A stretch of 64,000 bases of DNA from Felis catus. Its lineage: Eukaryota. Below the pieces are notes generated by a model. The model worked only from the letters and a program-made list of their open reading frames with translations, did not search any database and was not told the origin of the DNA. A program made the translations under genes and the position numbers. The stretch covers positions 30,194,001 to 30,258,000 of the forward strand of contig NC_058368.1 of assembly GCF_018350175.1 (NCBI RefSeq), read 5' to 3'. Below are positions 35,419 through 47,484 of this stretch, one piece after another. Within the stretch, counting starts at the first letter, position 1. Every line of letters starts with the position of its first letter.

Positions 35419-37527
35419 AGGAATCTCTAGGCTCGCTGAGCCACCTTGAGTCTGCAGGCACAGGCCAGCACATTGCAGCTGTGCTCACCTCTCTGCTCTC
35501 CCAGGTCCTTCAGGAGCCCTGGCTCGTTTTCTGCCTGCGTCTCGTCTCCCCTGCACTCGTCTCATCCACTTTGACAGCAAGCCCACAGCCACGCAGGGAA
35601 GGCAAGTGTTCTCTCTCCAGAGAAGAGGCTTTGCGATCAGCCGTCTCCCCTTCAGTATAAAAGGTCAACGTGTATATAACGCTTGCTTGATTTTTCAGGA
35701 TCTGAATCCACTTAGCCCTTCTCCCCAAGTGAGATAAATTGTGAAGGTTGCAAGGCACCTCATTTTCCCTCAATCTCACGGGCTGCACAAAAGTCAATTA
35801 ATACCACCAAAGGCAATTACTTCTTCAACAGCGCAGCTTCTTTGAGTTCCTTGAGTCTGCTAGGGCGGGGGAGGAGTGGGGGCGGTCAGGTAGGACCAGA
35901 TGCCGGTTCCAGCTTCCGTCCTTCTCCAGTCCCCTGTTCTACCTAGAGGATTGGTTTGAATAAGCAAGAAGGGATTATTACATTCTCTCCCCTCAGGCAG
36001 GGCTAGCAATTCCCCAGCCCCTCCAATTTTAGATTCCCTGGGTGTTCTCAGAGCAATTATAAGTAAAGAAAACACCCCGTGCTCCTGCACTAATAAATTA
36101 CACAGTGCTCACCTAATTAATAAGGTACCAGTGCCCCTGCCGAATTATAATCATAGGGCATCAACCGTTTAAACAATCCATTCTTAAACAATAGCAAGGA
36201 GAACTGAACTCAGTGAGTGCTGCAGGTCCCAAGGCGAGTGCACTGAGTCCTGTGGGGGTGATGGGTGATGGAGCATATGGCCTCATGTGTCCAGCAGTGG
36301 CCTGGGAGTTCATGACTCTGAGCCTTTCCAAGGATCATGGTGTTTTGGGCAATTTTAGGCAAAGCATTTAGGCACGTTAAATCAGGAAAAATTAATCTCA
36401 CCATTACTAAATAGTCCTATTAAATGCCAATTTTTTTTTTTTTTTTGGTGGTGTTGGGAAAGACTCATGCCATGATATGTTGAACAGAATAGTGACCGCC
36501 AGTTATAGAGAAAGGAGCTATGGCCTTAAAATATTTTCCCTAACAAGCCCTTGTGATTTGGAGAGGTAGCATAAGGCATCCCTGTACAAGTATTGTTTTT
36601 TCCGAGAAGGACAGAAGCCCCTCTCACTGATGCATTGTGGATAAGAGCAACGTGAGAGCTTTCTGTTTCCTTAAAACATCCGGTGACTATCCCTCAGTCC
36701 AAGAAAAAGAGGCCATAACAATTGTGGTTTCATTTGAACATTTCTGTGTTGAGATTCGGTAATGATGTTAATAAACCACAAAATGTGCTCCAGAGGCCGC
36801 TTGCCCTCCTGAAAGGCGCCTTTCCAAACATTCATGTGTTCAGAGGCTGATTCCATTTTAGATCTCTGGGAAGGAAAGAAAAGTGAGGGCATCTCTGTTT
36901 GTAAGGAGAATATATTGTTACATGATTACCATACGGAGGAGAGGCAACATATACTTTGTTTCTCATTCCTTATTGGTTACTTCCTTCTTTACATTTTATT
37001 TTCTCTCTCCTACTTCCCCTGCTGACCTACCTTTGTTTCAAACCCCAGTCTCCTCTCTGCGGTTCCCCTCATGTAGCTCATGTTGGATCTTAAGGAACTC
37101 TCAGGGCATGCTGTCAACCGCAAGGAACCCCTGGGACACACTCTATTCATAACCAGAACTCCCATGAATGATCTAGATTGCCAGCTCATACCCCATGCTA
37201 GGGAGAAGGCAGGAGGCCATTGATACCTGCTCCAAGTGAGCTGAGACTCCCAGAAGCTTTGACCAGCCACATGCTTTGACCAGAATTTCTAGGGAATGGA
37301 TGCATTGTGGCTACTCCAAGAAGATCATAGTCTCCTGGTGAGTTAGGCTGGCGCATTCAGAGCCATAAGGACCCTTTCACTTGGCATCCGTTAAGTCTTA
37401 AGTATGGATGGGAGACAGCGTGCTTCTAGAGTGAACTTCAAGACATCAGCAAGGGCAAGCCCTAGGGAAAGCATATAAAAGCAAGGGTGAGGACTGGGAA
37501 TGGCCGCCCCATCGCCAGAACAGAGCT

Positions 37528-37982
37528 TGTCCAAGGGTTGAATTGTATCTCCTGCAAACATGTATGTTGAAGTCCTACCCCCACCCCAGTACCTACAAAT
37601 TCAAAGTGATTTGGAGGTAGAGTCCTTGCAGATGTAATTAGTTAAGATGAAGTAGTGGCGCTGGCCCTAGTCCAATATGACTGATGGACGCGCTTTTAAA
37701 AAGGGACGTTTCGACACGGGCGTGCACCCAGGGAGAATGCCGCGTGAAGATAAATGCAGAGATTGAGGTGATGCTTTTACAGTCCAAGGGACATCAAGGA
37801 CTGCCAGCGAACCGCCAGAAGCTCAGGGAGCAGCACGGAACAGCTTCTTCCCTACAGAAGGAACCGACCCTGCTGACAGCTTGATCTCAGACTTTTAGCT
37901 TCCATAACCGAGGCATTCCATTTCTGTTGTCTAAGCCACCCAACTTGTGGTCCTTTGGCACCACAGTCACAGCAAAGTAACA
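37528..37982 (+). mobile_element. MLT1C-like MaLR solo LTR
   Basis: 'gggttgaattgtatctcc...tatgttgaagtccta...ttgcagatgtaattagttaagatga...gaaggaaccgaccctgctgacagcttgatctcagactt...taagccaccca'. Confidence 0.9.
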
Positions 37983-38449
37983 CAGTAGTTTATCTGCAGA
38001 GGACGCACTCCCAGACACCCAGTGGATGCCTGAAACAGCACATAGGACCAAACTCTATATTAATTGTGTTTTTTTTTTCCTATGCCAACTTGTGGTAAAC
38101 TTTATAAGTTAGGTCCATTAGCAGATTGACAACAATAATCAATAATAACATAGGATCGTTATGACAATAATCTGTAGTAAAAGTGACATGAGTGCGGTCT
38201 CTCTCTTTCAAAACATCTTGCTGTACTGTACTTAACCCTTCTTCTGGTGATGATGTGAGATGTTAGGATGCCTACGTGATGAGACGAGATGAGGTCAATG
38301 GCACAGGCTGGTGGCCACTGCTGACCTGCTGACAACATGTTGTCGGAAACTGGATCATCCGCTTCCTGGCTGTGGTTGACTTCGAGTAACTGAAACCATG
38401 GGAGGTAAAACTGCTGATGAGTGGGGGAGGGGGAGGGGGACAACTACGA
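37983..38449 (+). mobile_element. MER44B-like (Tigger7-derived) MITE
   Basis: 'cagtagt...cccagtggatgcctgaaac...gtgatgatgtgagatg...atgcctacgtgatgag...gtaactgaaacc'. Confidence 0.88.
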
Positions 38450-40529
38450 TACATGTACCCATACCAAACCTGTAAAACTGGGACAATAAAAACGTTCCCC
38501 TGAGTTATTCTGATGGATGAAGTCACTTAGTGCAATTTATGACACACCCTTGGAGCTGAACGCACTTTGGCTATTGTTATTACATAATTATTATATATCA
38601 TTATATCTGTTGGAAGATCCTTCCTATTCCCCCTCCTGTGATTCTCGACACAGTTAGAATATTAAGTTCTGATGTCTGTTGAAGGCTAACTCCCTCAACT
38701 GTGCAGAATGATTCATTGGTTTATAAACCCAAGTTTTAATTTCAGAGCTTGAGTTAAGGAGATCGGAGACCGCCATTGTGCCCGTGTAGAATGGCAGAGA
38801 TGTAATGCGATGTAAGACACGTCTGCTGGGAGATAGCGTGAGAGTCGCCTCCCATAACTTAATCTTTAAAGCTACTTATAGGAGGCTTTTGTTGAAACAG
38901 ACAGGGCTTCTGCAATTAAATTACCATACGTTAAAAAGGTTTCATTGTGGCATGATTCTGTTATTAAAACAGGCAGCAAATAAGCAGTGTGGGCTGCCTG
39001 GCTGCAAGCCTGCCTTACTGAGACCAGCATTCTGTTTAATAGGTGAAAGAAAATTAACCTTTAGATAGCAAACACGTGAAAATCACACGTTCTCGGGAAT
39101 GTGCATATGGTAAGTTGGGCTCTCTACCTCTTGCAACGTGAGACAGAACCCAGAACTGAGAAGACCGATCGTGCTAATTTCTATGATAGGCTATTGGCTG
39201 CTAGAAACACCACTCCGTTGAGGGAGGGAGAGAGGCTGAAACCGGGTAGCTCAAAGCTGTCAGGATTAGTGAGGCTTTGATGCTTTCTAACGCTGGAATG
39301 ATAGCTGGTCCAGATGTGTCATTTCTATCAGCCTCCATCAGCCAGCCTCCCTATCTCAAATAAGGCATTTATCTTTCAAAAGACTGCTTGGGCTCCAGTG
39401 AAACTTAGTGGACCTAGAAAAATAGAATGCCTTCTCAGGGGCTCGTCATAATTCTCTGCGTGCAACCCTTTTACGGTCGGCATGAGCTGTTTCCGTGGAC
39501 TTTGGGTTGCCAATTTGGGAGGGACTCACAGATGTTTAAATAAATACTGATCCGAATTTAGGGTGTGATTTTCTGAAAGCAGTGGCCTTGCTTGACCAAA
39601 TTGATCTTCAGAGTAGAAATTCTGAGGTTTCGTCTACTACAACCCACTGGAAACAAACAAACATCCAAAGTCCTCACATATGGTTTTATTTTGCATTTGC
39701 TATTTGAAAAAGTAGTTGTTGGGAATAATAACTGAAATAAAATTATATCAGACAAATGGTTGTTTCCAACCAATGTGCCGCAGGAAATAATCAATAGCTC
39801 CAGTGTTGGAAAATCAAATATGTTGACATTAATATTACTATTGTTTTCCTCTTCTCACTAACATTTTAGATTGTGCCTTTAAAGCATTGATTGTTCAAGG
39901 TTCTCAATCTAAATTCGGATGTGTCTTAGTAATTCAGCATTGGTACTTTATAAGCTGCTAATTGTTGTCTCCTGCATATGTTGTATAATTTCATTAAAGT
40001 CTGTGTTTGTTTGCATCCGCATATATTATTTCTTCTCAGTAATAGGAGGTCAGTGTATGTTAATGTATTAATCTGTTTCTGTTTGCATATGTATATTTTT
40101 CTCTGCTCATTAATAGGCTGTCACTGTATTTTTATATATTTGTATATTTTATGGTGATGTTTGCTATTAGTTAAGACGTACACATTTTCTTTTCTAAACG
40201 TAATTTATTTTTATGCATTGCAAATATAAAACAAAAATTATTTACGAAACAAACAGCCAAAAAACAGTAGCAAACATTCAGCTGAACTACCTACGATACT
40301 TGCCCCAAACCTTTGGCAATAGTAGTGTCCATTGTAAGGATTCTTGCCTATGATGACTTTCTCGTAGTCATTGCTGCCACGGGGTCAGCATTTTCTTTAA
40401 TTGTGGTGACATTCTGCCAATGCTTGGCGCAGACTATATCAGTGATATGTTCAGATATTTGGAAAAGATTCATAAGCTCAGAGAGTTTTGATCCCAGTGG
40501 TGAGAGCTTTTCCATTTAAATTAGACACA

Positions 40530-42130
40530 TATACTGTAGTTCAAGTACATAAAATCTGGTTATAAAGTAATATCTTTTTGTGTTCCCCCGCCCCCCCCGT
40601 TCCCAAACCCCCCATCCCCAGGTTTATCCCCCAGAGGTGACCACCTCCAACCACTTCCCCACAACTCTGTGTAGAGCTACTAACAGGCCTGATGTTGGCC
40701 CCCGGGAGAAAGGGTTGAGCAGCAATTCAAAGAAGTGGAACGAGCCATTGGGGAGGCCTGAGGCTGACGTGCCCACTGTTTCGATTTCTATTAATAATTC
40801 TTCTGGCTCTTTCTAGTTTTCAGGTGGCCATCCGTATACGTTGGATTATTGTGCTTTTATACCTCAATTCCTTGATTTACGGATTTCAGACAGTAGCTGT
40901 GGCCACCCTGTTGGGAAAGATGGGGAATATGGCACGCTCGCCCAAGCCTGTTGTGTTTCTCTCCTTTTACTCCTATCAGTGTGTTACTTGTTATTTTTCG
41001 ATCTCCTACTGGCTACCTTTATGATTTCAGGTCTATTTTTTGACGTATCAAGTAAATGTATGCAATGTTTCTGTTAGAGGAGGTCGTCAAGAAGATGTAA
41101 GCATCGATTGACCAGTTAGTTGGTCCCCAGCAGTTGGAGGCTCCCTGTCCCCTCCCCTGTGCTTGGAATGTGTGTTCCTCTTATCTACCTCATTCCCAGA
41201 AGCTGCTCCAAGGATACAGTCTGGAGATAGTAATATGTTGTTGAAACCATCTGGACTGGGTAACGTGACTGAATTCAATTAAGGCCTCTTTATAAACTTC
41301 CAGATTCTGGCTGGAGGGTTGGGAGGAGATCGGCTATCTTGCTGCCTCCCAAGACAAGTCTTGTTAAGTTCCCTTTGCTTATTCGGTGTGCCACCAACCA
41401 ATCTGAGTGTTCTGTCTCTTTCTTGAGTCTCTTTCCTGAGTCTCTCACTGCCCTCTGTACGTGGGGACGGGGGCTGAGGGGGGTGTGGTGTGCAGATTAC
41501 ATCAGGGAAGTTCCTAAGGAGGTTTCAAACCAATAGTCTCTTGACTCCTTATTACATAAAAGAAGATTTATATTTTTCTTTTCCCAACTTCTATCAACTA
41601 GGTCATTATTTTTACGTTACATAGTTATAACATTTCCACTTACGAGGCTGTATTTCGGTGTAGGTTTTTTTTTTAAAGGTCAGTAGTTTTATTTCAAATA
41701 AGACTTTTTTTTTCAGCATTGGGAAATTTTATTTTTATTTTCTGAAAATTTTTCTTTCCCTTCTATTTTTTTCTGGCTTCTCTAGAACTTTGGTTATATG
41801 AACACGGGATATCTTAGAGTGAAGTTTTCATCTTTCTGCAACTTTGCTCTGTGTTTTGGGACGTTGCCTCACTTTTACCTCCCATGTCTTCTGAATTTTT
41901 CATTCTAATGATCAAAATGTGCACCTTGAGTCCTCTCAGATTCCCATTGTTCATAGCATCCCCTACTGATTTAGGGCCGAATGATCTTTTCAGACCTCTC
42001 TGAGGTTATTAGTTACATTTAAAATGTTATCTTTTATTTCCTAAATTATCTCTGTTTTCTCTGGGATCACTTTTCCAGTGTGTTTACATGTTCTTTTCGG
42101 CAATGTCTGGCGTTGTCTTGACTGTTAATA
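40530..42130 (-). mobile_element. Old L1M fragments (discontinuous)
   Basis: L1ME-like 'cccagaggtgaccacctccaaccact' and T-rich antisense L1-like tract at 41700-42120. Confidence 0.4.
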
Positions 42131-42590
42131 TTGATGTCTTCAGTACTAAGTACCTGGCAAGGACTTGCCCTGGTGTTGTGTGGGTTTGCTTCCTCACGAG
42201 GGCTGTTCTTCCAGAGCGGTGGCTATAGATTCAGGGTCTGGGGGCCAGGTATGTTAGCCTCGGTCCTCCCCAAATGGCTTAGTCAGGTTCTCCTGAGAAC
42301 TGATTTCCTGCTTCCCTCTGGAGCCAAAACCACTACCGTCAGCATCTCTGCGCAGAGTTATGGGGAGACAAGTGGGCCGTACAGACGTGTAGCTGTCCTG
42401 GCTGATAGTCTACTCCTCATGCTTTCACAATCCAGGCCTCCCCAAGTTTCTGTGGCGAAGAGTGGCTCCTACTTGCACTACGGTCCTCCCGTAAGCTTCC
42501 TCCCCTCAGTATGCTTCTGTTTGTTCTGTCTTTCAGAAATTGAGCAGTGTCCTTGACTAATAAAGATTGACCTGCTGTTCACCATGCACT

Positions 42591-42790
42591 TTTGTGTATT
42601 TTGTGGGAGAGACCAATGAGTGTGAGCAGGGGAGGGAGCGAGAAAGGGAGAGAGAGAATCCCCTGCGGGGTCCACACTGTCAGCAGGGAGCCCGACGTGG
42701 GGCTCGAACTCATGAACTGAACCGTGAGATCATGACCTAAACCGAAATCAAGAGTCAGATGCTTAACCAACTGAGCCCCCCAGGTGCCTC
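42591..42790 (-). mobile_element. CanSINE (Fc2-like), short tail
   Basis: Reverse copy; TSD caccatgcact / cacaatgcact. Confidence 0.95.
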
Positions 42791-43049
42791 CCACAATGCA
42801 CTGTGGATCAATTTTCCTTTTGTACAGTGCTCGCGTTATTTCATTACGATTCTTTTTGAGAACGTGGGGGGTAAGGCTGTGCACTCAGTCTACCCTCACA
42901 GTCTCCTGGGAAGTAGATACAACTTATGACCATCTCAGGATGCAGCTCTGGGAAACACTGGCTTTTCCACAGTCTCCTCTCGATTCTTTCAGAGGGGTGC
43001 AGCATCAAAGTAGACCGAATCTCCTTCTAGGAATACATTTAAAATGAAA

Positions 43050-43240
43050 AGAAAATGTACTCTTTTATTGTGGAAAATGTGCTCACAAACAAAAGGAGGA
43101 AGTATGATGAACCCCCATTTGGTCATTACCCAACTTCGACAAATACCTCACGAGCAATCTTGTTTCCTCCTCACCTCTATCCACTGTAGTCCCCACGGGC
43201 AATTACTTTCAAGCAAATCTTACATGTCACATCTGAATAA
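43050..43240 (-). mobile_element. L1MC-like 3' end
   Basis: 'ttttattgtggaaaat...agtatgatgaacccccat...attacccaacttcgacaa...gcaatcttgtttc'. Confidence 0.65.
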
Positions 43241-43533
43241 AAACTGGCCATACGGGAATAGATTTTCAAACCAGAGTTCAGAGGCTCTGTTCGCCCCTTC
43301 TGTGTCCCCTCTGCTATCAGGTGAGTGACCGCACACGGCCACTGGTGCCCTGGGTGCTCCCGTCTACCTCGAGAGACACAAGCAATCACCTGGATAGCTG
43401 AGAATGGATTTTTCCCCCAATTCTATTCATTTTTTTAAATTAAAGGGCAAGTTATTTAATTAATATTTCTAAATACCAAAAGCAGTTACGTAGGATGTAA
43501 TAGCTTTAAAAAGATACATAAAGTTGCTTCTCA

Positions 43534-43748
43534 GGGGCTCCTGGGTGGCTCAGTCGTTAAGTGTCCAACTTCGGCTCAGGTCATGATCTCGCAGTTCGTG
43601 GGTTTAAGCCCCGCATAGGGTTCTGTGCTGACACGTTGGAGCCTGCTTTGGATTCTGTGTCTCCCTCTCTCTCTACCCCTCCCCCACTCACACTCTGTCT
43701 CTCTGTCTCAAGAAATGAACAAACATTAAAAAAAAAAATTTTAAAAAA
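43534..43748 (+). mobile_element. CanSINE (SINEC_Fc)
   Basis: Full length; perfect TSD aaagttgcttctca. Confidence 0.98.
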
Positions 43749-44209
43749 AAAGTTGCTTCTCAGACCCTGGCAGTAAAACTGTCATTTTCCTCTGGGTTTC
43801 TAATACTGCATGCAGGAGGCGGGGCTACGAAAGAGGCGGGCGAATACAAGCCCGATGCAAGCGGAAGCCTAAGGCAAGCAGATAGAGAGTCACATGAAGA
43901 GCCATGTGGCCCAGATGGAAAATATTTCTGAAGGCAGCTAGCATTATCCTTTGTCTCTGGCCTAGAGAAAGAATTCTATCGAAAAACAAAAAGAGATCCC
44001 AATGACATGTGTACTGTCAGATATGTCTCCGTATCATCGTGTTTTCTTAAAGCTTCAACTATCCTGTCTGTATGAGTAATTCTCATACGGTTCTCTTTTC
44101 AGCTCGGATTTGTTCCTCAAATCGCAGGCCTTTTATCTGCTTATCGGAAGCATCTACAACAGGGCCTAACAGAACATAAGGAACTCAGGTACTGCTCTTG
44201 AGCGACTAT

Positions 44210-45190
44210 TGGACATTTTCGAATAGACGCTCTATCAGAATTTTAAATTAGTTTTAACCTCAAAGTCCTCTTCTGGTTCCACAGGCTTCTGGAGGCACCA
44301 TGTTATCCTTGGCTGAACAGATCCTAACTGTGGGTCCTCCTTGCCCTTCATTTAACACATTTGATTGTCCACCAGGGCCCGTGTTCACGGCCTTTGCATC
44401 TCGGCCCATGCGTGCTCTTCAGTTTTCACATCCACTGCCTTACCTGAGCCCCTCATTAACTCCTGCCTGGGCTAGACGGGTAGCCTCCTGATTAATTCCC
44501 TTGCTCCAATCTTTTCTCCTGTATTCCATCCTGAGTTCAAGGGTCCTGAAAAATCCACTTTGTCACCACCCTCACCCTTCTGACCCAAAGCCCTCAAGTG
44601 ATTCCTTGTTGCCTATAGAAGGAAGTCTAAACGTCTTTGTCTGGCATTGCAAGATCTCCACCCTGCAAAACCAGTTCATCTTTGCCGTCTCATTGTAACT
44701 TAGTCACTGTTCTTTATTGTCTGTCACTCGCACTGCAAACAGGCCATCCTCTGGTGGATTCGTCCACAATGACCGCTCCACACAATGTTTGAGGTGTAGG
44801 TGGCATCGGATGAAAATATATTGAATGGATGAATGAACGGATGTTCTTTTTCACTCCTCTCTATAATTCCACACTGAATAAATCTGAATTATTTACCACT
44901 TTCTCAATTATAAGATGGTATTTCTTACTTCCTTAGTTTGGCATCTGTTCTCCTCTCTCTGTGGAATGTTCCCATCTTTCCCATCTCTACCTTCAAGATC
45001 CACCTCAAAGTCTATATTCTGTGTGCTGCCTTCCCTGATTCTGCCCTCCAAGGGTCCCTGGTGCTTCATTTGGACAGTCTCGGAGCATTTATCCCATCCT
45101 GCCTTATGTTGAAGTTATTTGTGCATGCATCTGGACTTTCTGTTAAAAATTGTAAACTCCTAGGGACTGGGAAGCATGTCTCCCGTATTT
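44210..45190 (+). mobile_element. L2 fragments
   Basis: 'gtagcctcctgattaattcccttgctccaatc', 'aagccctcaagtgattccttgttgcctatagaa', 'aaatatattgaatggatgaatgaa', 'ttgtaaactcctagggactggg'. Confidence 0.6.
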
Positions 45191-45629
45191 TGGAAGCATG
45201 TTTCCTACTCTTTTTGTATCTTCCACAACTGCAGTATCCACTAAGGATGTTTGAATCGCACACACTTGCATTCACTGGTAAATGAGAAGTTGAGATCTAT
45301 AAATATTTCAACCTTTTCTTCTCCACTTATTCTCCAAATCCCAAATATGTTCTTTATAATGTCAATCAACGACCGGCCATTGCATTTTCTTCTATTTTCT
45401 GTACATTATATATTTATGATGTGGTGAAACCCATCACTGGCATTGGGATTCGCTGACCCAACACGATGTGTTTTTAGACTCAAACTCCTATAATTGACCC
45501 TTGGGTTTCTGCTCACTCATTATTAATCCAGATAGATACACTCTACTGAAACCCAGCTCCAGCTGTGAGAAAAACACTGTACAGGACAGCTTCTGAATTT
45601 CATGTCCTTAATTGGAAATCGGATTGGTC

Positions 45630-45835
45630 TCTGTAAGGTGGAAAACCTGGGAATTCAGTCGCCAGCTGGGCCACTTGGTCGCACCGAATCCCCTTCACCT
45701 CTTTCTGACTCTGCTTCCTCACCAAGCAAGTGGGGATAATGACAGGGCCGAATTCACAGGTGTTCTTGTGAGGATTAAATGACTTAATACAAATAAACTA
45801 ATTATGGCTTGCATGTGGGAAGCAAGCGGACAATA
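45630..45835 (+). mobile_element. MIR
   Basis: 'cttcacctctttctgactctgcttcctcacc...gtggggataat...ttgtgaggattaaatga'. Confidence 0.7.
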
Positions 45836-46198
45836 ACATTTTTAAAATATCTTGCTAAGCCCCATGCTTTTCATGTTCTTCCCCAGCTCTTCCTCCGCTG
45901 CCTCTCTTCTTACATACTCAGAGATGTAACAAATGTTCTGCATCTAATACATGTGAGATTTTATTGATGGTTCCTGTGATACGGCAGTGACAAGACCCAG
46001 TTCTTGCCCTTTGGAGAGCTTCAAAACCGTGCGATTCTGACCCAGTGCTGCGTGAATGCCTTTAATGCATTGCACACAATGTTTAAGGCTTGAAATTGTG
46101 GTTTAATAGAACACTGGGTGGGATGATGGAGACCGAGCGTTCTTAATCCAAAGCCTGATCTTTCTTACCTATTCTGTACCTGGATTCCCTCACATCTT

Positions 46199-47090
46199 TT
46201 TTTTTTTTTTTAATTTCTTTAATTGTTTCTCTTTTTTCTTTAAATTTTATTCAAATCTAGTTTAGTTAACATATAGTGTAATAATGGTTTCAGGAGTAGA
46301 ATTTAGTGATTCATCACTTGCATATAACACCCAGTGCTCATCCCAACAAGTGCCCTTCTTAACACCTGTCACCCATTTAGCCCATCCCCCCACCCAACAC
46401 CCCTCCAGCAATCCTCAGTTTGTTCTCTGTATTTAAGAGCCTCTTATGATTTGCCTCCCTCTCTGTTTTTATCTTATATTTCTTTCTCTTCTCCTATGTT
46501 TATCTGTTTTGTTTCTTAAATTCCATGTATGAGTGAAATCACATGAGATTTATCTTATNNNNNNNNNNNNNNNNNNNNNNNNNNNNNNNNNNNNNNNNNN
46601 NNNNNNNNNNNNNNNNNNNNNNNNNNNNNNNNNNNNNNNNNNNNNNNNNNNNNNNNNNNNNNNNNNNNNNNNNNNNNNNNNNNNNNNNNNNNNNNNNNNN
46701 NNNNNNNNNNNNNNNNNNNNNNNNNNNNNNNNNNNNNNNNNNNNNNNNNNNNNNNNNNNNNNNNNNNNNNNNNNNNNNNNNNNNNNNNNNNNNNNNNNNN
46801 NNNNNNNNNNNNNNNNNNNNNNNNNNNNNNNNNNNNNNNNNNNNNACTTTGGCAATTGTTGATAGTGCTGCTGTAAACATTGGGGTGCATGTGCCCCCTT
46901 TGAATCAGCATTTTTGTATCCTTTGGATAAATACCAAAGTGCAATTGCTGGGTTGTAGGGTAGCTCTATTTTTAATTTTTTGAGAAAAATCCATACTGTT
47001 TTCCAGAGTGGCTGCACCAGTTTGTATTCTCACCAGCAAGGCAAAAGTGTTCCCCTTTTCCCACATTTTTGCCAACGTCTGTTGTTTCCT
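46199..47090 (-). mobile_element. 5'-truncated carnivore LINE-1 (3' UTR and ORF2 end) with 16-bp TSD
   Basis: Poly(T) tail and carnivore L1 3' UTR ('tttcaggagtagaatttagtgattcatcact...cccagtgctcatcccaacaagtgccc'). ORF2 C-terminal peptides '[24 protein letters not shown]' and 'MFTAALSTIAK'. Perfect TSD gattccctcacatctt at 46183-46198 and 47091-47106. Confidence 0.97.
46559..46845. other. Assembly gap (287 N) inside L1
   Basis: Run of N. Confidence 1.
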
Positions 47091-47269
47091 GATTCCCTCA
47101 CATCTTGAATGGAATTATGCCACCTCTCTTTTGTTACTTTAGCAGTATGTGGAAAGGACAAAGGGAGGTAATGTGCATGTAAGCAACACATTAGACAAGC
47201 TCAAGGTAGCACTGTCAACACCCTCTTTTTGAAAGTGGGAAGGAACAGATGAAATAAAAATACAACTGA

Positions 47270-47484
47270 GGGGCACCTGGGTGGCTCAGTCAGTTAAGCA
47301 TCCAACTTCGGCTCAGGTCATGATCTGGTAGTTCATGAGTTCGAGCCCCTCGTAGGACTGTGCTAACAGCTCAGAACCTGGAGCCTGCTTCGGTTTCTGT
47401 GTGTGTGTGTCCCCCCCTCTGTTCATCCCCCATTTGCACTCTGGCTCTCTCTCACTCTCAAAGGTAAATAAACATTAATCAAAT
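47270..47484 (+). mobile_element. CanSINE (SINEC_Fc)
   Basis: Full length; TSD taaaaatacaactg. Confidence 0.97.

Noticed and set aside
39840-39872. Acceptor with consensus branch point (cactaacattttag)
   Set aside because: The branch A is only about 8 nt from the AG, and no downstream donor or open frame was found.
40795-41024. Strong acceptor (ttttcag|GTGGCC) followed by an ORF
   Set aside because: It lies among old L1-like fragments, has no convincing donor, and the peptide is unrecognisable.
46533-47017. 109-155 aa ORFs
   Set aside because: Artefacts of the 287-N gap; the real residues are L1 ORF2 remnants.
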